Shown here: positions 1 through 8,894 of the stretch, in pieces
Numbering within the stretch: position 1 is the stretch's first letter
Layout of the letters: each line of letters starts with the position of its first letter
Origin: Gammaproteobacteria bacterium
GTDB lineage: Bacteria; Pseudomonadota; Gammaproteobacteria; Eutrophobiales; Eutrophobiaceae
Length of the DNA: 56,864 bases
Direction: 5' to 3'
Assembly (NCBI GenBank): GCA_051275005.1
Contig: JBNMOP010000001.1
Span: 1 to 56,864, forward strand
The notes under the pieces: model-generated
What the model was told of the DNA's origin: nothing
The model's database searches: none
The model's input: only the letters and a program-made list of their open reading frames with translations
Made by a program: the position numbers and the translations under genes

Positions 1-335
1 ATCACCAGAGACAAGGCGATAAATCCCAGATATTTACCAAAATAATATGTCGTCTTTGATATCGGTAACGACAGTATCAGCTCAGTCCCTTTATCATTTA
101 ACTCCCTAATCATGCTAGTTATGACAAACAGAGCTGAAGTCATAATCAATAGCCACCTTGCAATCGAGGCCAATAATACTGCCTGAATATTGAGGGTTTC
201 TGTGATTGCCAACTCGCCCGTGAATTCTGCGATTCCGAGCAGGCAAATCATGCCAACAAAGGTTAACCTGAATAATCTATTCTGGGTCGCCTCTTTGAAG
301 GTATAGATTGCGATGGTTTTTACATTATTCGTCAT
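1..335 (-). CDS. ABC-2-type transporter permease, N-terminal fragment (gene runs off the left edge)
   Basis: Hand translation of the minus strand from ATG at 335..333 gives MTNNVKTIAIYTFKEATQNRLFRLTFVGMICLLGIAEF..., open to position 1. Hydrophobic helices and an N-terminal region resemble NosY/ABC-2 permeases. Absent from the ORF track because it is truncated. Confidence 0.4.
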   Translation of the reverse strand, partial: MTNNVKTIAIYTFKEATQNRLFRLTFVGMICLLGIAEFTGELAITETLNIQAVLLASIARWLLIMTSALFVITSMIRELNDKGTELILSLPISKTTYYFGKYLGFIALSLV

Positions 336-398
336 ACTTAACCAATTACCTGTTTAATACCCGATAATGTAATATATATCCTTTTATACTTCATTAAT

Positions 399-2102
399 AT
401 GACGACAATAATCACAAAATTCTTCCAGATTAAAGAACAACTGATCCTGGTATGTATGCTGGAATTATTACATTTCTCTATCTGGACTGATCTGTCTGGA
501 CCCGTATCCATATCGCTATTACTTGTTCACCTGGGATTTTTTCTATTGTGGCAGCCTCTATGGAAAGGTGACGAAAGACTCCGTTGGTTTGATATATTAC
601 TCCTGTTATTAATAACCTACGCTTTTTTATTCTGGATTGGTTGGTGGCTGATACTTGCCTGGACCATATTATTATTGGGTCTGTCCGGGGGGCAAATAAA
701 CATTAATAGTAGAGAAAGAAATATTTACATGCTCACTCTGATATTCCTGGTATTTGAAGTGCTAATGCGCGGTACACCTATGTTATTTATAATCCCAATC
801 CCTACTAGCATAAACGAAATATTTGAAATTCTACTTCCAACCTTACCGTTAATAATATTGGTCTTACCAATTCAAAATGAAGAAAGGCGATTTCAATCTG
901 TTGACTTCATCCATGCAATTTCTATATCAACATTAACCAGCCTGTTGGTTGCTGGTACTTTATTAAATATGTACATGACCCAGACGTATTATATCATTGC
1001 ATTAATTCAGAGCCTGTTTGTCATTGGTGTCTTTTTATTAGCAATTAGCTGGCTGTCGATTCCACGAGCCGGTTTTGCGGGTCTTCCCCAGTTATGGTTA
1101 AAATCTATGCTCAATATCGGTACACCATTTGAAGGATTTCTAAATGGTCTGTCGATATTATTCAGGCAAAAGTCATCTCCAGAGGAATTCTTATCATCAA
1201 CCATGGAAGAACTGGTCGAGTTGCCCTGGATCGAAGGTGTCGAATGGAATATAAATGGTGTTCGTAGCATCGTTGGACAAAAGGCAAAAACCGAAACCAG
1301 TTTAAATATAGATAACCTTACGATTTGTATATACAGCTACACTCCTGTCAGTGGTGCACTGTACTTTCATTGTAAACTTCTTATGCAACTCATAAATAAT
1401 TTTTATGTCGCCAAGATAAGTGAACGTGACCTGACACATCAAACCCACCTCAAGGCAGTCTACGAAACCGGGGCTAGGATTACACATGATATAAAAAATC
1501 TGCTTCAATCCCTGCAGGCACTAACCAGTATCATTGCTACCGATAATGAACAGGATAATTTTTACGTATCAGGCAAATTACTCACAAAACAACTTCCTAC
1601 TCTCACGAAACGTCTGAAGCTGGCCCTGGATAAACTACAAATGCCTGAAAACATTAATCAGGAATCTGTCTACCTAAAAGACTGGTGGGATGATCTACAA
1701 CATCGATCAAATCCGATAAATACTAGTTTTATACAGGATATTTTAGGTGATCAGATTATTCCTAGCGACCTGTTTGATAGTGTAGTAGATAATTTATTTG
1801 AAAATATCAAAACCAAGATACAGCTTGATGGAAACATAACTACCAACGTCAGTCTTTTTTCAAATGAACAAAACATCATTCTGACCATTTGCGACAACGG
1901 TAGTCCTATTCCAGATTCCAAGGAAAAAATAATTTTAAAAGAGCCGTTGCCTTCAGACAACGGATTGGGCATCGGACTATATCAGGCAGCCAGACAGGCA
2001 GAATCACTGGGGTATAAGTTCATACTTAAAAACAACATGGTCGGCAACGTCTGCTTTGAACTCAGTAAGCAGGACACCACAGGTCAAATTGATTTGATTT
2101 AG
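399..2102 (+). CDS. Multi-pass membrane sensor histidine kinase (PrsK/PilS-like architecture)
   Basis: About 230 aa of hydrophobic N-terminal helices. H-box ITHDIKNLLQSLQAL, N-box DNLFENIKTK, G1 ICDNGSPIP and G2 GLGIGLYQAARQAESLGY. Its stop codon overlaps the stop of the convergent pilin gene. Confidence 0.8.
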   Translation: MTTIITKFFQIKEQLILVCMLELLHFSIWTDLSGPVSISLLLVHLGFFLLWQPLWKGDERLRWFDILLLLLITYAFLFWIGWWLILAWTILLLGLSGGQININSRERNIYMLTLIFLVFEVLMRGTPMLFIIPIPTSINEIFEILLPTLPLIILVLPIQNEERRFQSVDFIHAISISTLTSLLVAGTLLNMYMTQTYYIIALIQSLFVIGVFLLAISWLSIPRAGFAGLPQLWLKSMLNIGTPFEGFLNGLSILFRQKSSPEEFLSSTMEELVELPWIEGVEWNINGVRSIVGQKAKTETSLNIDNLTICIYSYTPVSGALYFHCKLLMQLINNFYVAKISERDLTHQTHLKAVYETGARITHDIKNLLQSLQALTSIIATDNEQDNFYVSGKLLTKQLPTLTKRLKLALDKLQMPENINQESVYLKDWWDDLQHRSNPINTSFIQDILGDQIIPSDLFDSVVDNLFENIKTKIQLDGNITTNVSLFSNEQNIILTICDNGSPIPDSKEKIILKEPLPSDNGLGIGLYQAARQAESLGYKFILKNNMVGNVCFELSKQDTTGQIDLI

Positions 2103-2905
2103 GGCAAACGCTCCGCCTGGACCATTTTATAGATTAGAAAATTAGTCGGTATCCAGATCAACATATCGTCAAATTCAACGGCGGGAACATTACTATAATC
2201 TTTATCTATAAATAAATCAGCAGTATCAAATGGAGCAATAGTATCCTGGTTTTCCTGTTCAAAATCTGAAGAGGGGTTATCTGCATCATCCACATTTTTA
2301 CCATAGGAAATCACCAAAGCAGGAAGCTTACTGGCAAGTACCACATAACCGGTATCATTGTCGTAATCATTAATAGTAATATCACCAACAGAACATATCT
2401 GAAATGATATCCCTGCTGCTGTCGAACATCCCGCTACTGCTGTGCCATCGGTATCATCGGCAAATGTCTGATCAACTCGATATATAAAATGATTCCCCCA
2501 GGCATCGAACTCATTCACACCCAGGGTGGCCCAGGGGAGATTGCCTTCAGATGTGGCACAACTGACAAAGTTTGGTCTGGGCACAGGGCTAAAGTCATCA
2601 GCAGCTACGCCGTCCTCCGTCCCATCGTTGATGTCTGTGGCAACAGCAGCACTAACCCCGCCACAACCTACACCGGTAGCATCAGGACAATCTGGACAGG
2701 GGAGATGACCATTGACCATAGCAAAGCCAATAAGACTGTCTCGAGCCTCATTCAGGAGTACTGTTGTTTTGTTTCTTTCTCCACCTTCAATTCGGGTAGA
2801 TAACGGCCCAAGAATGCCACCCAATACCAGGCTGATGACAAAAAGCACCATCGCCAATTCCACCAGGGTAAACCCTGAGCTAACTTGATATACCTTATTT
2901 GACAT
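2099..2905 (-). CDS. Prepilin-type N-terminal cleavage/methylation domain protein (large pilin/pseudopilin, ~268 aa)
   Basis: Class III signal peptide MSNKVYQVSSG/FTLVELAMVLFVISLVLGG with Glu at +5. Cys-rich LPCPDCPD...EGNLPWATLG module and a C-terminal FDDMLIWIP...MVQAERLP tail. The track start at 2911 is GTG; ATG at 2905 is more likely. Confidence 0.8.
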   Translation of the reverse strand: MSNKVYQVSSGFTLVELAMVLFVISLVLGGILGPLSTRIEGGERNKTTVLLNEARDSLIGFAMVNGHLPCPDCPDATGVGCGGVSAAVATDINDGTEDGVAADDFSPVPRPNFVSCATSEGNLPWATLGVNEFDAWGNHFIYRVDQTFADDTDGTAVAGCSTAAGISFQICSVGDITINDYDNDTGYVVLASKLPALVISYGKNVDDADNPSSDFEQENQDTIAPFDTADLFIDKDYSNVPAVEFDDMLIWIPTNFLIYKMVQAERLP

Positions 2906-2910
2906 ATCCA

Positions 2911-4896
2911 CTATGGTGCCTCTGCCAATACCCTGCTCTGATCGTTAAAATTGCTTATGGTACCCTTCTCAAATATCTCGTCTAAGGGCGTTCCATTTTC
3001 ATTTTCGAAATACTGAGTAATATCACCAGGCGAACCGACCCTGTCCTGCCCTGTCAATTCCTGTCCCGCAACCAAGGCAACAACACGTTTGTTATTTGTT
3101 GTGCCGCCGGTTCCATTGATTGTTATGCAATCTGTGCCCGAGGTACAAACCGTGGTGCCCGGGGGTGACCCTTCTCCTGCGGCGTAGGCAATATATATTT
3201 GCTCGTGCCATTCATTATCAGTAAACCATTCGGGCAGTTCCCCATCATTTATGTCAATATCATATTGAATGCTGGCGGTAATTGTCCCGGTAGTATCACC
3301 ATCATTAGTTAGGATTGATGTGCCTGTAGCAGCATTGTAAGTATTTGTAACGGGGCCAGGCTCAGTAGTGACTACCTGCCTGTTATCTACAACAGTAATG
3401 GATATTGAAGTCATCCCCCCGGTACTCTTCATGGATTCACCATCATCTTCCAGGTTCAGACTACGGGTCCTTTGACTGATTGCCGTAGGAGAGAATATAT
3501 CAGCACCGTCAGCTGAGTTGTCGGTAAATACAATATTGATAGTGTAGGCACGTGTAATGGTTTCTGTGTAGGCATATTGTATCCGTGTGCCGAACTGCCA
3601 GCCTGTGGAAAGCGAGCTCCCCCTGACTGTATTATATGCGCACGGACAACTAGAGTCCCAAACCAAAATCCATTGATTTTCACCATTAACAAATGCATAA
3701 CCCCAATCTGCTATTACCTGCTGTGGATATGAATTGATGACCTCGTTCACGAATGTCCCGGTACAATTAAAGGTCCCTATGGTTGTCCATGTGCAGGTAG
3801 CATTAAGAAAGGTTATTGGCGCGGCAATATCTAATCCTGAAAAATTTGCATCAGTACAGGATGAATTCTGTACGCAAACCAGTGAAGGCGTCACAATACG
3901 GCCGGAATAAGCGTGATAGCCAGATATAGAACCATAAGTTGTGTTTCCTGGACCAACAATAGTTGCACCAGCAGTAGTCCAATCTAATCTGATATCCGAG
4001 GTAAAAGGATTTCTTCCTGGAATTCCAAGGATTGCACCTGCGTTTGTAATTGAATCAGGGTCGGCGCTCCAGTGAAATGGCAAACGCCCGCGCATGGTGC
4101 CAGATTGACCTCGAAATGCAGAAGTTGCCGGGTCGGCAAACGTGCTCAACCATGGATAAACACCACTGCCTGTCTGATAGTCAGACAACATCCTTTCAAC
4201 ATCACCCAGCACACGTTTTTCCACGACCTCCATCAATTCAGAACGGGTAATGTATATCACCTGATCATTAGTAGTATCTGAAATGCTTGCCACAAAACTA
4301 TTGTCATTTACCTCGTTACCCCCTTCAAGGTAATTCGAAGCAAGGAGAGGACCTGCGATCCTGTCTTGTGCACCCAAAGGGGCACCTGGGGAAAATATCA
4401 CCGCAACAATATCTGGAGAGTTATCTACAGTAATCGTTCCGGAGAGATCGCTGTTTATCTTTGTTGCGTCTAGAACCGTAGTCCTGAAATTATCTGACAC
4501 AACATACCATAAATGTTCCCCTTCATGGTCGGTGAACTCACCCATATCAACCGTCTTCCATGGAAATCTCCCATGTGTGGTATCACCAGCTAAAGAACAA
4601 TTCCCAACAGCTGAACCATTATTGTTTATATCAGGACAAGGCAGTATACCTGGGCTACCACTTGCATGATTATCAGGGTAGGTCACTGAGTACATCAATA
4701 ATGCGGTCTTGGCCTCACTCAATATACTCGCCGTTTTGGCCTGACGTGAATATAGTTTCAGGTTCGCATTTAGATTTGAGATCAGTATAAATGATGCCCC
4801 CGACACCATTATCAACATTAATGCCAGCAATGCCGCACCGGATTGTGACCTGGCGCATCTATTGCTGAACAGGTTTAACGTATTAGAAAATCTCAT
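2911..4896 (-). CDS. Large PilX_N/GspK-like minor pilin or tip protein (661 aa)
   Basis: The N-terminus RSQSGAALLALMLIMVSGASFILISN resembles the non-cleaved PilX/GspK/MshP hydrophobic segment. It shares the LPCPD...G.FPW.T module with the 270-aa prepilin. The C-terminal part is long and Thr/Gly/Asn/Cys-rich. The start overlaps the upstream stop (TAATG). Confidence 0.55.
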   Translation of the reverse strand: MRFSNTLNLFSNRCARSQSGAALLALMLIMVSGASFILISNLNANLKLYSRQAKTASILSEAKTALLMYSVTYPDNHASGSPGILPCPDINNNGSAVGNCSLAGDTTHGRFPWKTVDMGEFTDHEGEHLWYVVSDNFRTTVLDATKINSDLSGTITVDNSPDIVAVIFSPGAPLGAQDRIAGPLLASNYLEGGNEVNDNSFVASISDTTNDQVIYITRSELMEVVEKRVLGDVERMLSDYQTGSGVYPWLSTFADPATSAFRGQSGTMRGRLPFHWSADPDSITNAGAILGIPGRNPFTSDIRLDWTTAGATIVGPGNTTYGSISGYHAYSGRIVTPSLVCVQNSSCTDANFSGLDIAAPITFLNATCTWTTIGTFNCTGTFVNEVINSYPQQVIADWGYAFVNGENQWILVWDSSCPCAYNTVRGSSLSTGWQFGTRIQYAYTETITRAYTINIVFTDNSADGADIFSPTAISQRTRSLNLEDDGESMKSTGGMTSISITVVDNRQVVTTEPGPVTNTYNAATGTSILTNDGDTTGTITASIQYDIDINDGELPEWFTDNEWHEQIYIAYAAGEGSPPGTTVCTSGTDCITINGTGGTTNNKRVVALVAGQELTGQDRVGSPGDITQYFENENGTPLDEIFEKGTISNFNDQSRVLAEAP

Positions 4897-5483
4897 TAAA
4901 GGAGTTCAGGAGGTCCACCAGGCGTTAATATCGGCGGAGGTGGCAGATCTGTCGGGACCGGCATACTCTCACCAGTATCCGGTGGGGGGAGACCACTGCC
5001 AGAGGCCATATCTCGGAGGGAACTGACCGGGTCTTTTGCCAAATCATAAACCTGTTTTGAGCGGACATCATATTGCTGTCCTACCTTCAACTCTATACGA
5101 CTTTGATTATCCGGCAGGGTAATTTCCACATTATTGGAATGCACATTATTTTCGTTCACCCTTGTATATTGGTTCTCAATACTGCCTTCGTTTGTACTAT
5201 TGCTATTTAACCATGCGGTGTTTTTACCATCTGTTCGATATACCAGACCGTTCAGGGTAATTGAGTCGATTATGGTTACAGTCTCTTCTTCAGACGTTAT
5301 ATCCATTAAATTGTCAGGGACTATATCAACCACAATCTCTTCATCTGGCCTTTTAATCCTCTGTTCGTCCAGTTGCATGCGCTGTCTGGGGGAGGTATAA
5401 AATCGTCCAAAACCATTATCAGCTGCAGCGGATAGAGATATACAAACCAGTGTAAAAATAAAAATTAATATTAAATTTTTCAT
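4896..5483 (-). CDS. Secreted periplasmic protein, MshK/PilP/GspC-HR-like, Pro-rich C-terminus
   Basis: Signal peptide MKNLILIFIFTLVCISLSAAA (internal ATG at 5483, 2 nt after the upstream stop). The ITLNGLVYRTDGKNTAWLN segment resembles the secretin-binding HR/PilP fold. C-terminal tail LPPPDTG..DLPPPPILTPGGPP. Confidence 0.4.
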   Translation of the reverse strand: MKNLILIFIFTLVCISLSAAADNGFGRFYTSPRQRMQLDEQRIKRPDEEIVVDIVPDNLMDITSEEETVTIIDSITLNGLVYRTDGKNTAWLNSNSTNEGSIENQYTRVNENNVHSNNVEITLPDNQSRIELKVGQQYDVRSKQVYDLAKDPVSSLRDMASGSGLPPPDTGESMPVPTDLPPPPILTPGGPPELL

Positions 5484-5485
5484 AA

Positions 5486-6106
5486 TCAAACTTCTATAGG
5501 TTGCCCATCCGCAAGCCTGATTGTGTACCAATCAAGATCACACTGGGCATTAATATTTGCTGCATTTGTATTACCTGAATTTGATGAGGCTGATGGGGTA
5601 ATGCTACATTTAGAGATACTAAATAGGCCCTTTGCGTCCTCTTCAAGCTTGTCAAATATTCGAAATAAATCTCCCTCATGAAGTAACTGCATGGTTAGTG
5701 ACATCTTACTACTAAACAACTTGTATTTTCCCAATGTTAATGGGATTCCAGGGGTAAAAACTTGCTGTGAATCAATCTGATATGAGAGTGATGGTAGTTT
5801 AATCTCCTCACCGGTATCCCTCAATACCTCAACCCAGTTAAGTCGTTGCTCTTTTCCGATAACACCTTCATTATAAAATCCTACAAAACGTGGTAAAAAA
5901 TTTCTAATCAACTTTTCTTCTTCATCCACTGCCAGATATCGATTACTAATAGACATGAAAGCGACATTGGTACGATTAAATTCTGCTTGCATCTTTTGAG
6001 TAAAAAAATAACCTCCGTAGATAAGTGAGCTACTAACTATGATTGTTAAAATAAACACAATCAATGAGCCTCTTAGAATCTTCCAATCTATGTCATTTGT
6101 ACTCAT
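5486..6106 (-). CDS. Bitopic inner-membrane protein, PilO/GspM/MshJ-like
   Basis: Short cytoplasmic N-terminus, one TM (LIVFILTIIVSSSLIYGGYFF) and a ~170-aa periplasmic domain. Size, topology and position match MshJ/GspM. The start overlaps the upstream gene by 14 nt. Confidence 0.5.
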   Translation of the reverse strand: MSTNDIDWKILRGSLIVFILTIIVSSSLIYGGYFFTQKMQAEFNRTNVAFMSISNRYLAVDEEEKLIRNFLPRFVGFYNEGVIGKEQRLNWVEVLRDTGEEIKLPSLSYQIDSQQVFTPGIPLTLGKYKLFSSKMSLTMQLLHEGDLFRIFDKLEEDAKGLFSISKCSITPSASSNSGNTNAANINAQCDLDWYTIRLADGQPIEV

Positions 6107-7715
6107 TATTTATTCCCAGAACTATTCTAATTGAAAACTTTGCTTCCCGTTCTGTCGCAGCTGTATTGCCAGACATATTTGCTTCCGAGCTAACATCCAA
6201 CGGAAGACTTATTATGCTCACATCATATACATCTGCCTGATTGCGTAATGTTTCAACATATTCATTGATTAATGATATTGCCCGACGGAAATTACCATCA
6301 AACGGATTAATCTCGGCTTCGAGTGATGCTATTTGATAATAGTTATATTGATTTTCGGCAACGTTAACATTACTGAATCCGATTACTCCCTGATTATTGG
6401 TGCTTCTACCAGTCGCAACATTGACATTGGGATCTGCGCCTGAAGTCCATTGGAAACCAGAAATCTGGACAGTTGAATAAGCATTCATCGCAACACTTAT
6501 CAATTTTATTAATTCCAGGGGTGTGGTTTTAAAAGACTGTAGATTATCCACAAGTTCGACCGCAATTTTTAAATCAGCCGCCTCAACGGGTGTTTGTGGC
6601 AAGCCTTCCCGGGCAATCTTGTATCGTACGTCATAAAAGTTAGTCTTATTTTGTGCCGCCAGGGTATTTTGGCGAAACTCCACACCCTGCATAAATGTGT
6701 AACCACTCCACAATACGCTAGAAATAATCATAATTGCACTCAATGCCAGCATCCCAATACGCATATTACGCATAGAGTTGTATCGCCTTTCTCTGGGCAG
6801 AGCATAGGTATTCTTCGGCTTAAGTTTTAACAACTGGTGAATATAAAGCTGATCACTAAACGGTGACGAAACCTGGTGAGAGGAACCAGATTTTGACAAT
6901 AGGGCATTTATATCCAGGAAATGCATACCTTCCTCAAAGCTGTCTTTATATTCATTTTTCATATCTTCCAATAATTCACCACCAAGTAGAAAATATGTAT
7001 TTAATGAATTGTCGCCCGAGCTGTCTGATGAAATTAAACGAACACTATTTAGATATCGTTTTATTTTCTCCACTTCATCTTTGATGTGTGGACCATATGG
7101 CTCAGTACCGTACCGAGGTAATTGCACCAGTCGACTGACGCGCAGTTGATTGTTACCAATAAATGTCTGTCTTAAACCACTTATACTTTGGATGCTTACG
7201 ATTAAATTATTGTCTCCTGCATCAGGGAGTAACTTAATCATATCCACGGTCATTATTGGCACAGAATTAATTCCCACCAGGGGGATCTGATATTTCTCCA
7301 GCAATTCTATCCAGGGTGTGATTAATTTTGGGTTGGTAACAGCAGATAGTAATATCTGGTCATCCTTTCTACCCTCAGTCTCTCTACCCTGAACCGTATA
7401 ATAATAATATGGCGTATCCCTGAATAGTCGTGCCTTTTTGCGCTCAATTATCGATGCTCGGTCAGACCCATATACATGAGGAGAAGTATCACGCTTGAAC
7501 TCTTCCTCAAATATATCCAGTAGAAGATAGATTGGTATTTTAGGCGTCTCACTCAAATACCTTTCAAAATATGTTTTTCCTTCATCGTTGATATCAAACA
7601 GATAGGAACTGGCCAGATCACCTTTGTGCCAGTGATACACAGCCAGCTTATGGGCGCTGACGAAAATCGCGCGGCGTTTGGCTAAATCAAATGTCAATTT
7701 CAGTGATGAGGTCAT
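6093..7715 (-). CDS. Fused PilM-PilN / GspL / MshI-like assembly protein
   Basis: A ~320-aa cytoplasmic domain, a central TM (MRIGMLALSAIMIISSVLWSGYTF) and a ~200-aa periplasmic domain. This is the GspL/MshI architecture and the gene lies directly after the platform gene. The start is uncertain (ATG at 7727 or 7715, or TTG overlapping the gspF stop). Confidence 0.55.
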   Translation of the reverse strand: MTSSLKLTFDLAKRRAIFVSAHKLAVYHWHKGDLASSYLFDINDEGKTYFERYLSETPKIPIYLLLDIFEEEFKRDTSPHVYGSDRASIIERKKARLFRDTPYYYYTVQGRETEGRKDDQILLSAVTNPKLITPWIELLEKYQIPLVGINSVPIMTVDMIKLLPDAGDNNLIVSIQSISGLRQTFIGNNQLRVSRLVQLPRYGTEPYGPHIKDEVEKIKRYLNSVRLISSDSSGDNSLNTYFLLGGELLEDMKNEYKDSFEEGMHFLDINALLSKSGSSHQVSSPFSDQLYIHQLLKLKPKNTYALPRERRYNSMRNMRIGMLALSAIMIISSVLWSGYTFMQGVEFRQNTLAAQNKTNFYDVRYKIAREGLPQTPVEAADLKIAVELVDNLQSFKTTPLELIKLISVAMNAYSTVQISGFQWTSGADPNVNVATGRSTNNQGVIGFSNVNVAENQYNYYQIASLEAEINPFDGNFRRAISLINEYVETLRNQADVYDVSIISLPLDVSSEANMSGNTAATEREAKFSIRIVLGINNEYK

Positions 7716-8892
7716 AGATTGGACCAAGAATTGAAAACATAACCCAACCCACGAGAATGCCCAGAATCACGGTCATAGCCGGTTCTATCATAGACTGCAG
7801 TCTCTCAATGGATTCCCTAACATCTCGCGTATAAAAATAACCAATATTCTCCAAGGACTCTTCTAAAGCTCCTGTGCTTTCACCTACCCGTAACATTCTA
7901 ATTACCAGTGGTGGAAATAAATTTGTAGACTTAAAACTATCACTTAAAGTATGGCCTTCTGCAATTTTTTGTCCGACAGAATTCATAGCCATCTCTACGG
8001 ACCGATTGCCAGAGATTTCTTCTCCTGTACGGATACAGTCAATAATGGTAATACCGGATGAATACATCATTGCAAAAAAACCTGCCAGACGGGCAAGAAT
8101 AAGTTTTTCTAATATTGGTCCTATAACGGGTATTTTGAGTTTGAGCGTATCCACTTTCAGTCTGATATCATCGCTGAGATTACAACCAACTTTAATAAAT
8201 GTAAAAATTGCAATTGGCGTAAAAATAATCAGGTACCAGTAATTCACAAAAACATCCGATGTCGCAATGAGCGCACGCGTATGTACGGGGATCTCAGAAC
8301 CCATGGTACGGATAAATGATAATAGTTCAGGCACAAGATAGGTCATAAGGAAAAACAAAACCAATAATACGACAGAACCAACAAATGCCGGATACATAAT
8401 CAATTTTTTAGTTTGCGATGCCAATTCATCTTCCCACTTCAGGCTTTCCCCTAATCGTTTAAATACCTCATTGATCTCGCCGGATTGTTCGCCTGCCTTT
8501 ACAAGGCTGGAAAATACTTTTGGAAACACGCCTGGGTATTCCATCATTGATTCAGATAACGTCTTGCCGCCACCTATGGCTTCACTCATTGCTGCAATAA
8601 CTTCTGTCAATCCTGGGTTCTCCGTACTATCTCGCAGATCCTCCAGACTCTCTAACATTGGTACTCCGGCACGTGTTGTTTGCTCCAGGTGGAAACAGAA
8701 CAATATTAGATCCCTTCTTTTAACTCCACGACCTGAAACATTATGAGACTTTGATTTGATCTCTTTACTGTTGACCAGATCAAGACCCATTTTTTTCAAA
8801 CGCATCTCCAGGTCAGATACATTGGCAGCATCCACCCGACCGATAGTTACTCTGCCTATATTATCTATTGCCTTGTATTGGTAAAGTTCCAT
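7687..8892 (-). CDS. Type II secretion/type IV pilus platform protein (GspF/PilC/MshG family)
   Basis: 401 aa with the duplicated T2SSF-type domain pattern and three hydrophobic segments. Typical end ...GPIYDLITEIDI. Lies immediately downstream of the GspE-type ATPase. Confidence 0.9.
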   Translation of the reverse strand: MELYQYKAIDNIGRVTIGRVDAANVSDLEMRLKKMGLDLVNSKEIKSKSHNVSGRGVKRRDLILFCFHLEQTTRAGVPMLESLEDLRDSTENPGLTEVIAAMSEAIGGGKTLSESMMEYPGVFPKVFSSLVKAGEQSGEINEVFKRLGESLKWEDELASQTKKLIMYPAFVGSVVLLVLFFLMTYLVPELLSFIRTMGSEIPVHTRALIATSDVFVNYWYLIIFTPIAIFTFIKVGCNLSDDIRLKVDTLKLKIPVIGPILEKLILARLAGFFAMMYSSGITIIDCIRTGEEISGNRSVEMAMNSVGQKIAEGHTLSDSFKSTNLFPPLVIRMLRVGESTGALEESLENIGYFYTRDVRESIERLQSMIEPAMTVILGILVGWVMFSILGPIYDLITEIDI

Positions 8893-8894
8893 TA

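Noticed and set aside
7257-7273. TGGCAC-N5-TAATT on the plus strand, resembling a sigma-54 -24 box. A similar TGGCAG-N5-ATTTTG occurs at 16963..16979.
   Set aside because: The -12 elements are wrong (no GC), the first is inside a minus-strand gene, and neither precedes a plus-strand gene.
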